A stretch of DNA of 64,000 nt from a virus (taxonomy: Duplodnaviria; Caudoviricetes). Made by a program: the position numbers and the translations under genes. This document shows, one piece after another, positions 50,192-60,045 of the stretch. The number at the start of each line of letters is the position of its first letter. Position 1 is the first letter of the stretch. The notes below the pieces were generated by a model that was given only the letters and a program-made list of their open reading frames with translations, ran no database searches and was not told where the DNA came from. The stretch is from IMG/VR virus record IMGVR_UViG_3300010149_000008, one strand, 5' to 3'.

Positions 50192-51137
50192 ACTAGATTT
50201 TATAGATAAACATATTCAAAACTATACAGTTTCAAAAGACGGAGTTAACTTAAATATTTGGTGCCCTTTTTGTAAAGATTCAAATAGAAATAAATTAAAA
50301 ATGGTGATTCATTTAGAAAAATGCTTTTATCATTGTTGGGTTTGTGATAAAAAAGGTTCGAACGTATCTTATCTTTTTTCTAAAATTAGTAGAAATATTT
50401 CTGAACTATCTAAAGCAGTTTTCTTAAACAGAAAAGCAAAAATTAGTATATTTGATGAAGAAATAGAGGAAGAAAATATAGAACCAGTAAACTTACCAGA
50501 AGGTTTTAGGTTCTTCATTCAAGACTTTAATCTTTCAGACCCTAATGTTAGAGACGTTTTTAAATACGCAAAAAACAGAGGAATAGATAAACATAAACTT
50601 CACATATTAAGAGCAGGCTATTCTTTAAATAGCAGTTTATGCAGATATCTTATTCTTCCGTCATATGACAAAAAAGGAGAGTTAAACTTCTATGTTTCTA
50701 GAAATATAGATTCTGATACTACATGTTCATTTAAATATAAAAATGCACATGTGCCTAAAAAATCTATTATATTTAATGAAATCAATATAGACTGGAGCTT
50801 GCCTTTAACAATCGTTGAAGGTCCACTTGATCTCATTAAGACAAATGATAACGCAACATGTTTACTAGGATCAGCTTTAAATGAAGATATGAAGCTGTTT
50901 CAAGAAATAGTAAAAAATAAAACTAAAGTTAACTTAGCACTTGATAGCGATGTATATCATAAAACAGTTCGAATTGCAAAGTTATTAAGTAGCTACGATA
51001 TCAATGTTGATATTTTAGATACTAGAGGTAGTGAAGACGTTGGTGATATGTCAAAAGAAAAGTTCAGTGAAATTCTAGATAATTCTAAATCTTTTAGCGA
51101 AAACGACACTTTGCTAGCAAAAATAAGATCTTTATAA
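50172..51137 (+). CDS. DNA primase (Zn-binding + TOPRIM)
   Basis: CPFC...HCWVC Zn-ribbon; LILPSYD...FYVSR; TOPRIM IVEGPLDLI, ALDSD, EDVGDM. Confidence 0.85.
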   Translation: MSKISNRLDFIDKHIQNYTVSKDGVNLNIWCPFCKDSNRNKLKMVIHLEKCFYHCWVCDKKGSNVSYLFSKISRNISELSKAVFLNRKAKISIFDEEIEEENIEPVNLPEGFRFFIQDFNLSDPNVRDVFKYAKNRGIDKHKLHILRAGYSLNSSLCRYLILPSYDKKGELNFYVSRNIDSDTTCSFKYKNAHVPKKSIIFNEINIDWSLPLTIVEGPLDLIKTNDNATCLLGSALNEDMKLFQEIVKNKTKVNLALDSDVYHKTVRIAKLLSSYDINVDILDTRGSEDVGDMSKEKFSEILDNSKSFSENDTLLAKIRSL

Positions 51138-51148
51138 AAGGACTAAAA

Positions 51149-54100
51149 ATGTTTAAATGTGCACATATAAGTGATGTACACTTCAGAAGTCTTAAAAGAC
51201 ACGACGAATATAAAACTGTTTTTGAAAAAGTATTCAATAGTCTTAGAGACATAAAAGACTTAGACGCAATATTTATTGGCGGTGATATTGTTCATTCTAA
51301 GACACAAGGTATTACGCCAGAGTTAATTGACATTCTTAACTGGTGGTTTACATCAATATCTAATATAGCACCAACGTACGTTATTTTAGGTAACCATGAC
51401 GGCTTGATTTTAAATGAAAACAGGCAAGATGCTATAACGCCTATAATAAATGCTCTAAATAATAAAAATATATTTTTATATAAACAAAGTGGTGTTTATC
51501 CTTTAGCAGTAAATAAAACTGGATTAAAAATAAACTGGTGCATATTTTCTTGTTTTGATGAAAAAAATTGGTCAAATGTAAAACCAGTTGATAATGAAAT
51601 AAATATTGCATGTTTTCATGGTGCAGTAGCTGGTTCTAAAACTGATGTCGACTGGGAACTTGAAGGTGAAGTTCACTCTACTTTTTTTATTGATTTTGAT
51701 TTTGGGTTTTTAGGTGATATACACAAAAAGCAGTATTTAGACTCAGAAAAAAGAATAGCTTATCCAGGAAGCACAATTCAACAAAATTACGGAGAAGATA
51801 TAACAAAAGGCTTTTTAGTTTGGGAAATAAAAAGTAAAAATGATTTTAAATCTAGGTTTATTAGAGTTGAAAACCCATGTCCTTTTTTAACTTTAGACTG
51901 GAGAGGAAACATTGAAGAAACAATACTTTTTGCTTCAAAAGTTAAAAAAGGTGTTAGATTTAGAGTAAGATCAGATAAAAGCATATCTCAGGCTGAAATA
52001 AAGCTTATACATCACTATTTAAAAAATGAAAAATGCGCAAAAGAAATTGTATATCAAGTAAACAGTACAAAAAACAATAAAAGCATCGAATTGTGCGGAA
52101 ATTCTCAACAAAGTCTTAACATAAGAAAAAAGTCTGATAGAAAAACTTTAATTAACGACTATTTTGAAAAAATTGACGAAAATACAGTTGAAAAAATTGA
52201 CGAAATATTTATAAAGACACTTGATAAAATACCTCAAAATTTAAAAGATGTTTTTGGGCAAAAGTGGTCTATTAATTCATTAGAATTTGACAATACTTTT
52301 TCTTATGGTAAAAACAATTATATAAATTTTGATAATATGAACGGTATTATTGGTCTATTTGGAAACAATAGATCAGGAAAGTCATCAATACCTGGGACTT
52401 TAATGTACAATTTGTTTAATACTACTGATAGAGGCTCACTTAGAAATCAAGACATTGTAAACATTAGAAAAGGTTCATGCAGATCAGAAGCAAAAATCAC
52501 TATTGGCACTAAGCAATATACTATTGTTAGAGAAACTACCAAGAAAACAAATAAAAGAAAAGAAATATCTGCAACTACTTCGCTTAAACTTACTTCATTC
52601 AATGATTTAGTTGATGAAACAGAAGAACAAAGAAGAGAAACAGAAAAAATACTTAAAAAGCTCATTGGCAGCTCAGAGGACTTTCTTTACACATCTTTTG
52701 CATCTCAAGGAGACATTAACACTTTTATAAAGGAAAAAAACAGCGCTAGAAAATCAATTCTTTCTAAGTTTTTAAATATTCAAATATACGAAGAGCTATA
52801 TAAACAATCTCGAGACGAATATTCAATGCTTAAATCTTTACTCGGAAGCAAAGAAGAAAAAGATTGGAGCGTGATAACTTTAGAAAAATCTAACTTTATA
52901 GACTCAGACAAACTTTTGATCGATAAAAAGCAAGATGAAATTTCAAAAGATAGAAAAGAACTAGTAAGTTTAAACGTAGATCTAGAAAATTTAAGAAGAA
53001 ACAACAAAAAACATGCTTCAGGGCATAATATAGTATCAGCTAAAAAAGAAAAGTTGTACTTAGAAAGTAAACTAGAAGATCTTACTATAAAAAGAAGTAA
53101 TTTTTCTAAAAAAAGAGAAGATACAATAAACGCGCTAGATAAAATTGAAGCTTTTAAGGAAAGCTTTTCTATAGATGATCTTAATGCTGAAAAAGAAAGA
53201 CTAAGCCTTTTAGAGAAAAAGTTAAATGTTTTTAAGTCAACACTATCAGAAGCTAATAAAAACAAAAACAATATTGAAAATGAAATAAAAATACTTGATC
53301 AAGTACCATGCGGAAACATGTTTAAAACTTGCAAGTTTATTGTTAAAGCTCATGATCAAAAAGATAAGATAGAAGAAGTAAAAAATGAAATAGTTGATTT
53401 AGAATCAAATGTTTTAGAATTAAACAATATTGTTAGAAGACTACAAGACACTCAAATAAATGAAAAAATAATTAAGTTTGAAAATATTTTAAATAAAGAG
53501 TATAAGTTAAAATTAGATCTTGAAAGCATTAATACTAAAGATGAGTTTAATAACAAATCAATAAGCTCTGTTTTAACTAAAATAGAAAATATTAATACAA
53601 TATTAAAAGAAATTGAAAACCTAAACTTACAGCAATCTGTTAACAAAGAAAATACAATTCAGGATAATATTAAAGAAATACAAAGAAATATAAGCAATAA
53701 CGAAGTTGAAGTTTTAAATTTAAATAAAAATATATTTTCTCTTGAGCAACAGATAAAAAACATAGAAATAGAAAAATCAGAATATTATAAATTAATTGAA
53801 GAATTTAGAATAAATGATATATTTTCAACTTTGGTATCTAAAAAAGGAATACCTACTATGTTAATTAATTCTTACCTACCAAAGATAAATCAAGAAATAA
53901 ACTCTATTTTAAGTGGAGTTACTTCTTTTAAGATTTATTTAGAAGAAGAAGAAAAAAATAATAATCTAAATGTTTATATTGATTACGGCGACTCAAAAAG
54001 AATTATAGAATGTGCAAGTGGAATGGAAAAAATGATGGCTTCAATAGCAATAAGAGTAGCTTTTATTAATATATCTTCTTTAGCAAAATCTGATATTTTC

Positions 54101-54289
54101 ATTATTGATGAAGGATTTGGCGCGTTAGATGATACAAACATTGAAGCATGCAGCAGATTATTAAATAGTTTAAAAAAATATTTTAAGTCTATAATGATAA
54201 TATCACATATTGATGCAATAAAAGATATTGTAGACAAAAACATAGAGATTAGTATTGATGGTAATGACGCTTATGTTAGATTTGAATAA
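51149..54289 (+). CDS. sbcD-sbcC: Fused Mre11/SbcD nuclease + Rad50/SbcC ABC-ATPase (T4 gp47-gp46-like)
   Basis: Metallophosphoesterase motifs HISDVH, GGDIVH, GNHD, FHG, GDIH. Walker A GNNRSGKSS, long coiled coil, signature ASGME, Walker B/D-loop IIDEGFGALD, H-loop IISH. One 1046-aa ORF. Confidence 0.92.
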   Translation: MFKCAHISDVHFRSLKRHDEYKTVFEKVFNSLRDIKDLDAIFIGGDIVHSKTQGITPELIDILNWWFTSISNIAPTYVILGNHDGLILNENRQDAITPIINALNNKNIFLYKQSGVYPLAVNKTGLKINWCIFSCFDEKNWSNVKPVDNEINIACFHGAVAGSKTDVDWELEGEVHSTFFIDFDFGFLGDIHKKQYLDSEKRIAYPGSTIQQNYGEDITKGFLVWEIKSKNDFKSRFIRVENPCPFLTLDWRGNIEETILFASKVKKGVRFRVRSDKSISQAEIKLIHHYLKNEKCAKEIVYQVNSTKNNKSIELCGNSQQSLNIRKKSDRKTLINDYFEKIDENTVEKIDEIFIKTLDKIPQNLKDVFGQKWSINSLEFDNTFSYGKNNYINFDNMNGIIGLFGNNRSGKSSIPGTLMYNLFNTTDRGSLRNQDIVNIRKGSCRSEAKITIGTKQYTIVRETTKKTNKRKEISATTSLKLTSFNDLVDETEEQRRETEKILKKLIGSSEDFLYTSFASQGDINTFIKEKNSARKSILSKFLNIQIYEELYKQSRDEYSMLKSLLGSKEEKDWSVITLEKSNFIDSDKLLIDKKQDEISKDRKELVSLNVDLENLRRNNKKHASGHNIVSAKKEKLYLESKLEDLTIKRSNFSKKREDTINALDKIEAFKESFSIDDLNAEKERLSLLEKKLNVFKSTLSEANKNKNNIENEIKILDQVPCGNMFKTCKFIVKAHDQKDKIEEVKNEIVDLESNVLELNNIVRRLQDTQINEKIIKFENILNKEYKLKLDLESINTKDEFNNKSISSVLTKIENINTILKEIENLNLQQSVNKENTIQDNIKEIQRNISNNEVEVLNLNKNIFSLEQQIKNIEIEKSEYYKLIEEFRINDIFSTLVSKKGIPTMLINSYLPKINQEINSILSGVTSFKIYLEEEEKNNNLNVYIDYGDSKRIIECASGMEKMMASIAIRVAFINISSLAKSDIFIIDEGFGALDDTNIEACSRLLNSLKKYFKSIMIISHIDAIKDIVDKNIEISIDGNDAYVRFE
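52164..52205 (+). repeat. 18-bp direct repeat (24-nt period) in the nuclease-ATPase linker
   Basis: TTGAAAAAATTGACGAAA at 52164-52181 and 52188-52205, encoding EKIDE twice. Confidence 0.8.
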
Positions 54290-54539
54290 AAAATGGAATA
54301 AGATTGACAATGAAAACGAGGAATTAGTAGTAGGCAACATTATTTTTAAAAGGCCTATTGAATTTAATTATTGTAGCCCTTATTGTAAATCTTGCGGCGA
54401 AATTGTTGCAACTATAGATGATGCTGACATGATTAAAAAAGAAGACGTTTGTGAAACATGTTACATAACATATTATTATACTAATAAAGAAAAATGGAAA
54501 CATGGCTGGCGCCCTAACAAAAAAACTGTCAACAAGTGA
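54273..54539 (+). CDS. Small Zn-finger-like protein
   Basis: CKSC...CETC Cys pairs; C-terminal WKHGWRP. The start is uncertain (54255 TTG, or ATG at 54258, 54264 or 54273). Confidence 0.6.
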   Translation: MLDLNKKWNKIDNENEELVVGNIIFKRPIEFNYCSPYCKSCGEIVATIDDADMIKKEDVCETCYITYYYTNKEKWKHGWRPNKKTVNK

Positions 54540-54546
54540 TAATTAT
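54539..54546 (+). promoter_or_regulatory. Candidate late promoter motif
   Basis: ATAATTAT, 32 nt before 54571 (start of the terL-portal-protease unit). Confidence 0.45.
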
Positions 54547-54570
54547 TAAGTATAGAAAAAGGTATATATT

Positions 54571-54942
54571 ATGGATTATGATTTAGTAGCAAATATAGGG
54601 ACAGCTATCGACAACGTTTACAATAGCTATGCAGAAGACTCTTCTAGACGAACTGTTGCAAAGTTAGCAGGAGAACAATTAGTTGTTGAATTTAGAACTA
54701 TTTTAACTGTTGCAAAAGATAGAGAACTAGAGCACCAAATGACAATGATAAAGTCAGAGTCAAAACAAATGATTGACACCAGGGTTAAGTCTATAAAAGA
54801 CTGTTTTAAAGAGAGTGCTGGAAGAGCTTTAAAACTAAAAAAAATAAACGACTATGATAGAATTGAAACTTTAACTGTAAGTCCTTATAGTCCTATAAGA
54901 ACTCTAAAGTATACTTTTGTGGTAAATTATGAGGTTAAATAA
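54571..54942 (+). CDS. Hypothetical protein coupled to terminase
   Basis: 123 aa, SD (AAAGG), TAATG overlap with terL. Confidence 0.6.
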   Translation: MDYDLVANIGTAIDNVYNSYAEDSSRRTVAKLAGEQLVVEFRTILTVAKDRELEHQMTMIKSESKQMIDTRVKSIKDCFKESAGRALKLKKINDYDRIETLTVSPYSPIRTLKYTFVVNYEVK

Positions 54943-56570
54943 TGCCTAAAAAGATGTCTAGACAGTCGCAGGTAACTGAAATTATTAAATGTGGTAAAGA
55001 TCCTGTTTATTTTATGAACAAGTACTTGAAAATCCAGCATCCAATGCGTGGATTAATACCTTTTGCAACATTTCCGTTTCAAGATGACTGTGTTAAAGAC
55101 TTTAATGATAATAGATTTAATATTATTCTTAAGTCTAGACAGCTTGGATTATCGACTTTAGTAGCAGCATATTCAGTATGGCAAGCTATTTTTTATAAAG
55201 AAAAAAACATTTTGATTATTGCTACAAAATTAGCAGTTGCTCAAAACTTTATAAGAAAAGTCAAAACTTATATAAAAAGTATGCCTAAGTGGCTTCTTGT
55301 GCCTATTATAACAGCAAACAACAAACAGCAGGTTGAATTCTCAAACGGATCACAAATAAAAGCAGTACCTACTTCAGAAGATGCAGGTAGATCTGAAGCA
55401 TTGTCTTTACTGATTGTAGATGAGGCAGCTTTTGTTAGAAACTTTGATGAGTTGTGGATGGGACTTTATCCTACACTATCAACAGGTGGACGTGCTATTT
55501 TATTGTCAACACCTAACGGAGTTGGCGGACAATATCATGAGATTTATACAAAAGCTGAAAGAAAAGAAAACAAGTTCAATCCTATAAAGTTAATGTGGGA
55601 TGTGCATCCTGAACGTGGTGATGAGTGGTTTGAAAAAGAAACTAAAAATATGTCACAAAGGCAAGTAGCACAAGAGCTACTTTGCGACTTTGCATCATCT
55701 GGAGACACGTTTTTAACTAGTGAAGTTTTAGATAAAATTAGAATGACAACTTCTCAGCCTATAGAAAAAAGTGGACCTCAATATAATGTTTGGTATTGGG
55801 AATATCCTGTTGAAGGAAACAACTACATACTATCAGCAGATATTGCAAGAGGAGATAGTGGTGATTATTCTACTTTTCACATAATAAATTGTGCTACAAA
55901 TTCAGTATCTGTTGAGTTTAAAGGAAAAATAACTCCTGATCACTTTGCTTCCTTAATTTATGATGTTGCAAAAAGATTTAATAATGCACAGATTTGCCCA
56001 GAAAATAATGCATATGGATATTCAGTATTGTCAAAATTAGCTGAGCTAGCTTATAAAAATATATATTTTGCATCAGAAAAACAAAAATATGCCTATCTTT
56101 ACGGAGAAGGAGGTAATATAGGAAAAGCTGGTTTCAATACAAACAAAGAAAGCAGAGAATTAATTTTAGCAAATTTTGAAGAATCTTTAAGAAACGGTCG
56201 TATAAAAACTAGATCACAAAGACTCTTTTCAGAATTAAAAACTTTTGTATGGAATGGTAAGAAAGCATCTGCTATGAAAGGATATAATGATGATTTAGTT
56301 ATGTCTTTAGCAATTGGTTGTTGGCTTTTGGACAGCAATTCAAGTACTTATAACGTTTCACAAATTCAATATGCAGATGCACTTTTAAAAGGAATGCAAG
56401 TTAACAATACAGATATAAAAAACACAGTAATGTCAACTTTCTATACAAATAAACAGAATGCAGTCAACCCTTTTATACCTGTAGTTTTACCTCAAGACAA
56501 ATTCTCAGGTAACAAAGATATCAATAGAAAAAACCCGCTAGGCGACTTGCGATGGTTAATAGGAAAGTAA
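54942..56570 (+). CDS. terL: Terminase large subunit (T4 gp17-like)
   Basis: FQ motif, Walker A ILKSRQLGLST, Walker B LLIVDEAAF, motif C LSTPNG, nuclease SADIARG, ENN, NDDLVMSLAI. Confidence 0.96.
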   Translation: MPKKMSRQSQVTEIIKCGKDPVYFMNKYLKIQHPMRGLIPFATFPFQDDCVKDFNDNRFNIILKSRQLGLSTLVAAYSVWQAIFYKEKNILIIATKLAVAQNFIRKVKTYIKSMPKWLLVPIITANNKQQVEFSNGSQIKAVPTSEDAGRSEALSLLIVDEAAFVRNFDELWMGLYPTLSTGGRAILLSTPNGVGGQYHEIYTKAERKENKFNPIKLMWDVHPERGDEWFEKETKNMSQRQVAQELLCDFASSGDTFLTSEVLDKIRMTTSQPIEKSGPQYNVWYWEYPVEGNNYILSADIARGDSGDYSTFHIINCATNSVSVEFKGKITPDHFASLIYDVAKRFNNAQICPENNAYGYSVLSKLAELAYKNIYFASEKQKYAYLYGEGGNIGKAGFNTNKESRELILANFEESLRNGRIKTRSQRLFSELKTFVWNGKKASAMKGYNDDLVMSLAIGCWLLDSNSSTYNVSQIQYADALLKGMQVNNTDIKNTVMSTFYTNKQNAVNPFIPVVLPQDKFSGNKDINRKNPLGDLRWLIGK

Positions 56571-56579
56571 AAAAGTAAA

Positions 56580-58607
56580 ATGGCAGATGAATCAAATCTA
56601 TTTAAAAAACTGACGTCACTTTTTAGATCAGGCCCGGTAGTAAGAAGAAGAGTCAAACAATTTTCAGGAAAATCAACTTCAAAATCTTCTCTAGAGTTGT
56701 TTAAAAAAGCTCATAGTGATGTATATAATTCAACGTTAAGTGCTTATGGCTCTTATGATAGAATGGCAAGATATTCAGACTTTTCAGAAATGGAAGCTAC
56801 TCCAGAAATTAGTTCTGCATTAGACATATACGCAGAAGAGTGTGTATCGCAAGACGTTGAAGGTAATGTTTTGCACATATACTCAGAGAACAGAATGATA
56901 AAACAACTTTTAAACGAGCTTTTTTATGATGTTCTAAACATAGACTTTAATCTTGTAATGTGGGTAAGAAACCTATGCAAATACGGTGACTTTTTTCTTT
57001 TTAACGACATACACCCAGAGTACGGTGTAATCAATTGTTTTCCAATACCTATATCAGAGATAGAAAGAGAAGAAGGCTTTGATTCTGATGACCCAGCTGC
57101 TGTAAGATTTAGGTGGGTTACACAAGGTAATCGTATTTTAGAAAATTGGCAAGTATCACATATAAGACTCTTAGGTAGCGATGCATTTTTACCTTATGGT
57201 TCTTCAGTTTTGGAAGGTGCTAGACGTATATGGCGTCAATTAATTCTTATTGAAGATGCAATGCTTGTATATAGAGTAATTAGATCGCCTGAAAGACGAG
57301 TATTTTATATAGACGTTGGAAACATACCTCCTGAAAATGTAGCTGATTATCTAGAACAAGCGCAAACAGCGCTTAAAAGAAATGCTGTAATTGATAAAAA
57401 TACAGGACAAGTCGATTTAAGATATAATCCACTTTCAGTAGACGAAGACTATTTTCTACCTGTGAGAGGCGGAGAAAGTGGAACAAGAATTGATACGCTA
57501 GCAGGCGGTTCTAATACAACAGCAATTGAAGATGTAGAGTATATACAGAAAAAGCTTTTTGCAGCTTTAAAGATTCCTAAAGCTTACCTAGGGTATGATG
57601 AAGATATTGGTGCTAAAGCTACTTTAGCTCAAGAAGATATAAGGTTTAGTAGAACAATACAACGAATACAAAAAACAATCATCGCAGAATTAAACAAAGT
57701 TGCTATGATTCATTTGTATACGCACGGATACACAGAAGAAGATCTGTTAGACTTTGAGCTTAAATTAAGTAATCCATCAAGCATAGCACAACAACAAAAA
57801 CTTGAATTAATTAGAACTAAATTTGAAATAGCATCTCAGTCACCTGAAGGTATTGTAGATAGAGAGTGGATAAGAAAGCACATTTTAGATCTTAATGACG
57901 ATGAAATTAGAAGAATTGAAACAGGTAAAGAAAGAGATAAACTTCGTGATATGGAGTTAGAACAAGTCAGGCTGCCAACAGATAATCAATTTCTATTTGG
58001 AGACGAAAACGAAGATGGCGGAGATGGTTCGGGCGGAAGTGACGATATGAGTTTTGGATCTGATATGGGCGGAGGAGATGAAGGCGGAGGAGATGAAGGC
58101 GGTGGTGGTGGTTTAGAAGGATTATTTGCAGGTGAAATGAAAAGTGGCAAATTAATGTCAGAAGATGAGTTATCTGAGTATGATGATTTACTTGACGAAG
58201 ACGATGAAGTATCAGAAGAAAACAAACAAAACATAGGTAAAGGCGCAAACGTTAGCAATAGAGCAAAAGGCAAAAAAAGAGGAAAGTATAATATTAATAC
58301 TGACTTAAGTCTAGGAAAACTAGGTGCTGCTCAATCAGGAATAGAAAAAACATCTACCCATCAAGGTGCTCTAACAGGACCTGCTGTTATAAAAGCTAGT
58401 GATTTAATGGACGGAATATTACCACAGAGTCCTATTATTGAAAAGTTTGTTGACAAGCAACTTGGGTATAGAATGTCAAAGTCTCTTGAAGATATGTCAA
58501 AAGCACTAAGCATGGGTTCAAGCAGTAATAAAGTATTAACTGAGTCTAATAGTAGCAATGACGACATACTTATAGATAATGATATATTTGATAATGAGGA
58601 CCAGTAA
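56580..58607 (+). CDS. gp20: Portal protein (T4 gp20-like) with long acidic C-terminal extension
   Basis: PEISSALDIYAEE; RNLCKYGDFF; PYGSSVLE.ARRIWRQLILIEDAMLVYRVIRSPERRVFYIDVGNIPP; EDYFLPVRGGESGTRIDTLAGG; DVEYIQKKLFAALKIPKAYL. Confidence 0.96.
   Translation: MADESNLFKKLTSLFRSGPVVRRRVKQFSGKSTSKSSLELFKKAHSDVYNSTLSAYGSYDRMARYSDFSEMEATPEISSALDIYAEECVSQDVEGNVLHIYSENRMIKQLLNELFYDVLNIDFNLVMWVRNLCKYGDFFLFNDIHPEYGVINCFPIPISEIEREEGFDSDDPAAVRFRWVTQGNRILENWQVSHIRLLGSDAFLPYGSSVLEGARRIWRQLILIEDAMLVYRVIRSPERRVFYIDVGNIPPENVADYLEQAQTALKRNAVIDKNTGQVDLRYNPLSVDEDYFLPVRGGESGTRIDTLAGGSNTTAIEDVEYIQKKLFAALKIPKAYLGYDEDIGAKATLAQEDIRFSRTIQRIQKTIIAELNKVAMIHLYTHGYTEEDLLDFELKLSNPSSIAQQQKLELIRTKFEIASQSPEGIVDREWIRKHILDLNDDEIRRIETGKERDKLRDMELEQVRLPTDNQFLFGDENEDGGDGSGGSDDMSFGSDMGGGDEGGGDEGGGGGLEGLFAGEMKSGKLMSEDELSEYDDLLDEDDEVSEENKQNIGKGANVSNRAKGKKRGKYNINTDLSLGKLGAAQSGIEKTSTHQGALTGPAVIKASDLMDGILPQSPIIEKFVDKQLGYRMSKSLEDMSKALSMGSSSNKVLTESNSSNDDILIDNDIFDNEDQ
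58068..58112 (+). repeat. 15-bp tandem repeat in the portal tail (GGGDE x2 + poly-Gly)
   Basis: GGCGGAGGAGATGAA x2 followed by GGCGGTGGTGGTGGT. Confidence 0.85.
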
Positions 58608-59443
58608 TGCCAAAAACTCATAATAAAAAAAGAAACATTGGAATTATTTACGAGCAGATTATACAACATGTATGTAAAAAAGCAATGGAAAATAACGAAG
58701 TTGATGCAGAACAAGGAATTGGCATCATTAAAGAGTGTTTTAGAAAAGGAACGCAGCTTAATAAAGAATACAAATTGTTTAAAGCATTAGCTGAAACTAA
58801 TGGAGTTTCTGGACACTTGGCAAATTCTATTATATTTGAAGCAAAAAAAGCATGTAATCAAATGTTTGATAGCGAAAAGCTTGAAAAAGAAAAAAGTAGT
58901 TTAATTAAAAAATTAAATTATAACTTTGGTAAAGGTGTTATTTTTGAAGAAAATATTGAAAACTACAAGCTTTATGCAACAATTCAAACTTTGCTAAATG
59001 AATGGCGTGATCCAAAAAATGCTTCTTTTGATTTAACAACAAAGTATGAAATAAAGCTTCATGAGAGCTTAACAGCTGATAATATAAAAGACGTTAAGCC
59101 TAAAAATTCAATTAAAGCAGATAGGCTAACTTTCAAGCTTATGAATGAAATATTTGACAAAAAGTATAAATCAATTTTAAATGAAAGTCAAAACAAACTT
59201 CTATATTATTTTTCTTCAAACAAAGAAGAAGACTTAGATAATGCATGTAATTCTTTAAAAAATGATACGCAGTGTCTTCTTGAAGAATATATGGAATCAT
59301 GCAATAACAAAATACTTTTAGAAAAATATAGATCAATAAATAGCCAAATAAATGAACTATCAACTGAACAAATTGATAAAAAAAGTTTGCAAAAATATTT
59401 GTTGCTAGCAAAGCTTAGAGAAGAACTACTAGGAGAAGAATAA
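58607..59443 (+). CDS. Head-module hypothetical protein between portal and protease
   Basis: HNKKRNIGIIYE start; YKLYATIQTLLNEW; helical; TAATG-coupled on both sides. Confidence 0.65.
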   Translation: MPKTHNKKRNIGIIYEQIIQHVCKKAMENNEVDAEQGIGIIKECFRKGTQLNKEYKLFKALAETNGVSGHLANSIIFEAKKACNQMFDSEKLEKEKSSLIKKLNYNFGKGVIFEENIENYKLYATIQTLLNEWRDPKNASFDLTTKYEIKLHESLTADNIKDVKPKNSIKADRLTFKLMNEIFDKKYKSILNESQNKLLYYFSSNKEEDLDNACNSLKNDTQCLLEEYMESCNNKILLEKYRSINSQINELSTEQIDKKSLQKYLLLAKLREELLGEE

Positions 59444-60045
59444 TGCTGACCCCAAAATTAATTACAGAATGGTCAGCCTTTGAATATGACCATAAACTTA
59501 TAAAAGAGCAAAAAGCTGCAGGTAGGCCTTTGATGATGAAAGGTATACTTCAAAAAGCTGAAACGCTTAATCAAAATGGTAGAGTTTATCCAAAGGCTAT
59601 ACTTGAGAGAGAAATTAGAAACTATCAAAAATTTATAAAAGAAAATAGAGCACTTGGAGAATTAGATCATCCAGACTCATCAGTTGTGGAGCTTAAAAAC
59701 GCTTCTCATAACGTAAAAGAAGCTTACATGGAAGGCAATATTGTTTATGGTGTTGTAGAGATTTTAAATACGCCAAGCGGTCAAATCCTTCAGTCATTAG
59801 TTGAAAGCGGAGTAACGTTAGGAATTTCATCTAGAGGTGTTGGTAGTACAAAGTCACAAGGTGATATGCAAATTGTGCAAGATGACTTTCAGCTTATATG
59901 CTGGGATTTTGTAAGTGAGCCTTCAACACCAGGTGCATTTATGATGAGAGAAGCAAAAGAAGTTTCTCCACAATTTATAAACAATGTTTTTAACAAGACA
60001 GACAGAATAGATAGAATATTCAATGACATAATGGAGTGGAAATAA
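59443..60045 (+). CDS. gp21: Prohead maturation protease (T4 gp21-like)
   Basis: GILQKAETLNQNGRVYP, ALGELDHP, SH, GISSRGVGS, WDFVSEPSTPGA. Confidence 0.95.
   Translation: MLTPKLITEWSAFEYDHKLIKEQKAAGRPLMMKGILQKAETLNQNGRVYPKAILEREIRNYQKFIKENRALGELDHPDSSVVELKNASHNVKEAYMEGNIVYGVVEILNTPSGQILQSLVESGVTLGISSRGVGSTKSQGDMQIVQDDFQLICWDFVSEPSTPGAFMMREAKEVSPQFINNVFNKTDRIDRIFNDIMEWK

Noticed and set aside
50172-56570. Inteins or introns in primase, SbcDC or terminase
   Set aside because: Motif spacing and lengths are normal; no intein terminal motifs or endonuclease inserts seen.
208-59411. All minus-strand and short alternative-frame ORFs in the track (e.g. 969-1241, 5250-5678, 7958-8416, 33836-34039, 52780-53271, 57986-58273, 58361-58714, and plus-strand 208-396 and 27033-27227)
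   Set aside because: They lie inside long, motif-bearing plus-strand genes and read as antisense or frame shadows with no recognisable motifs or SD.
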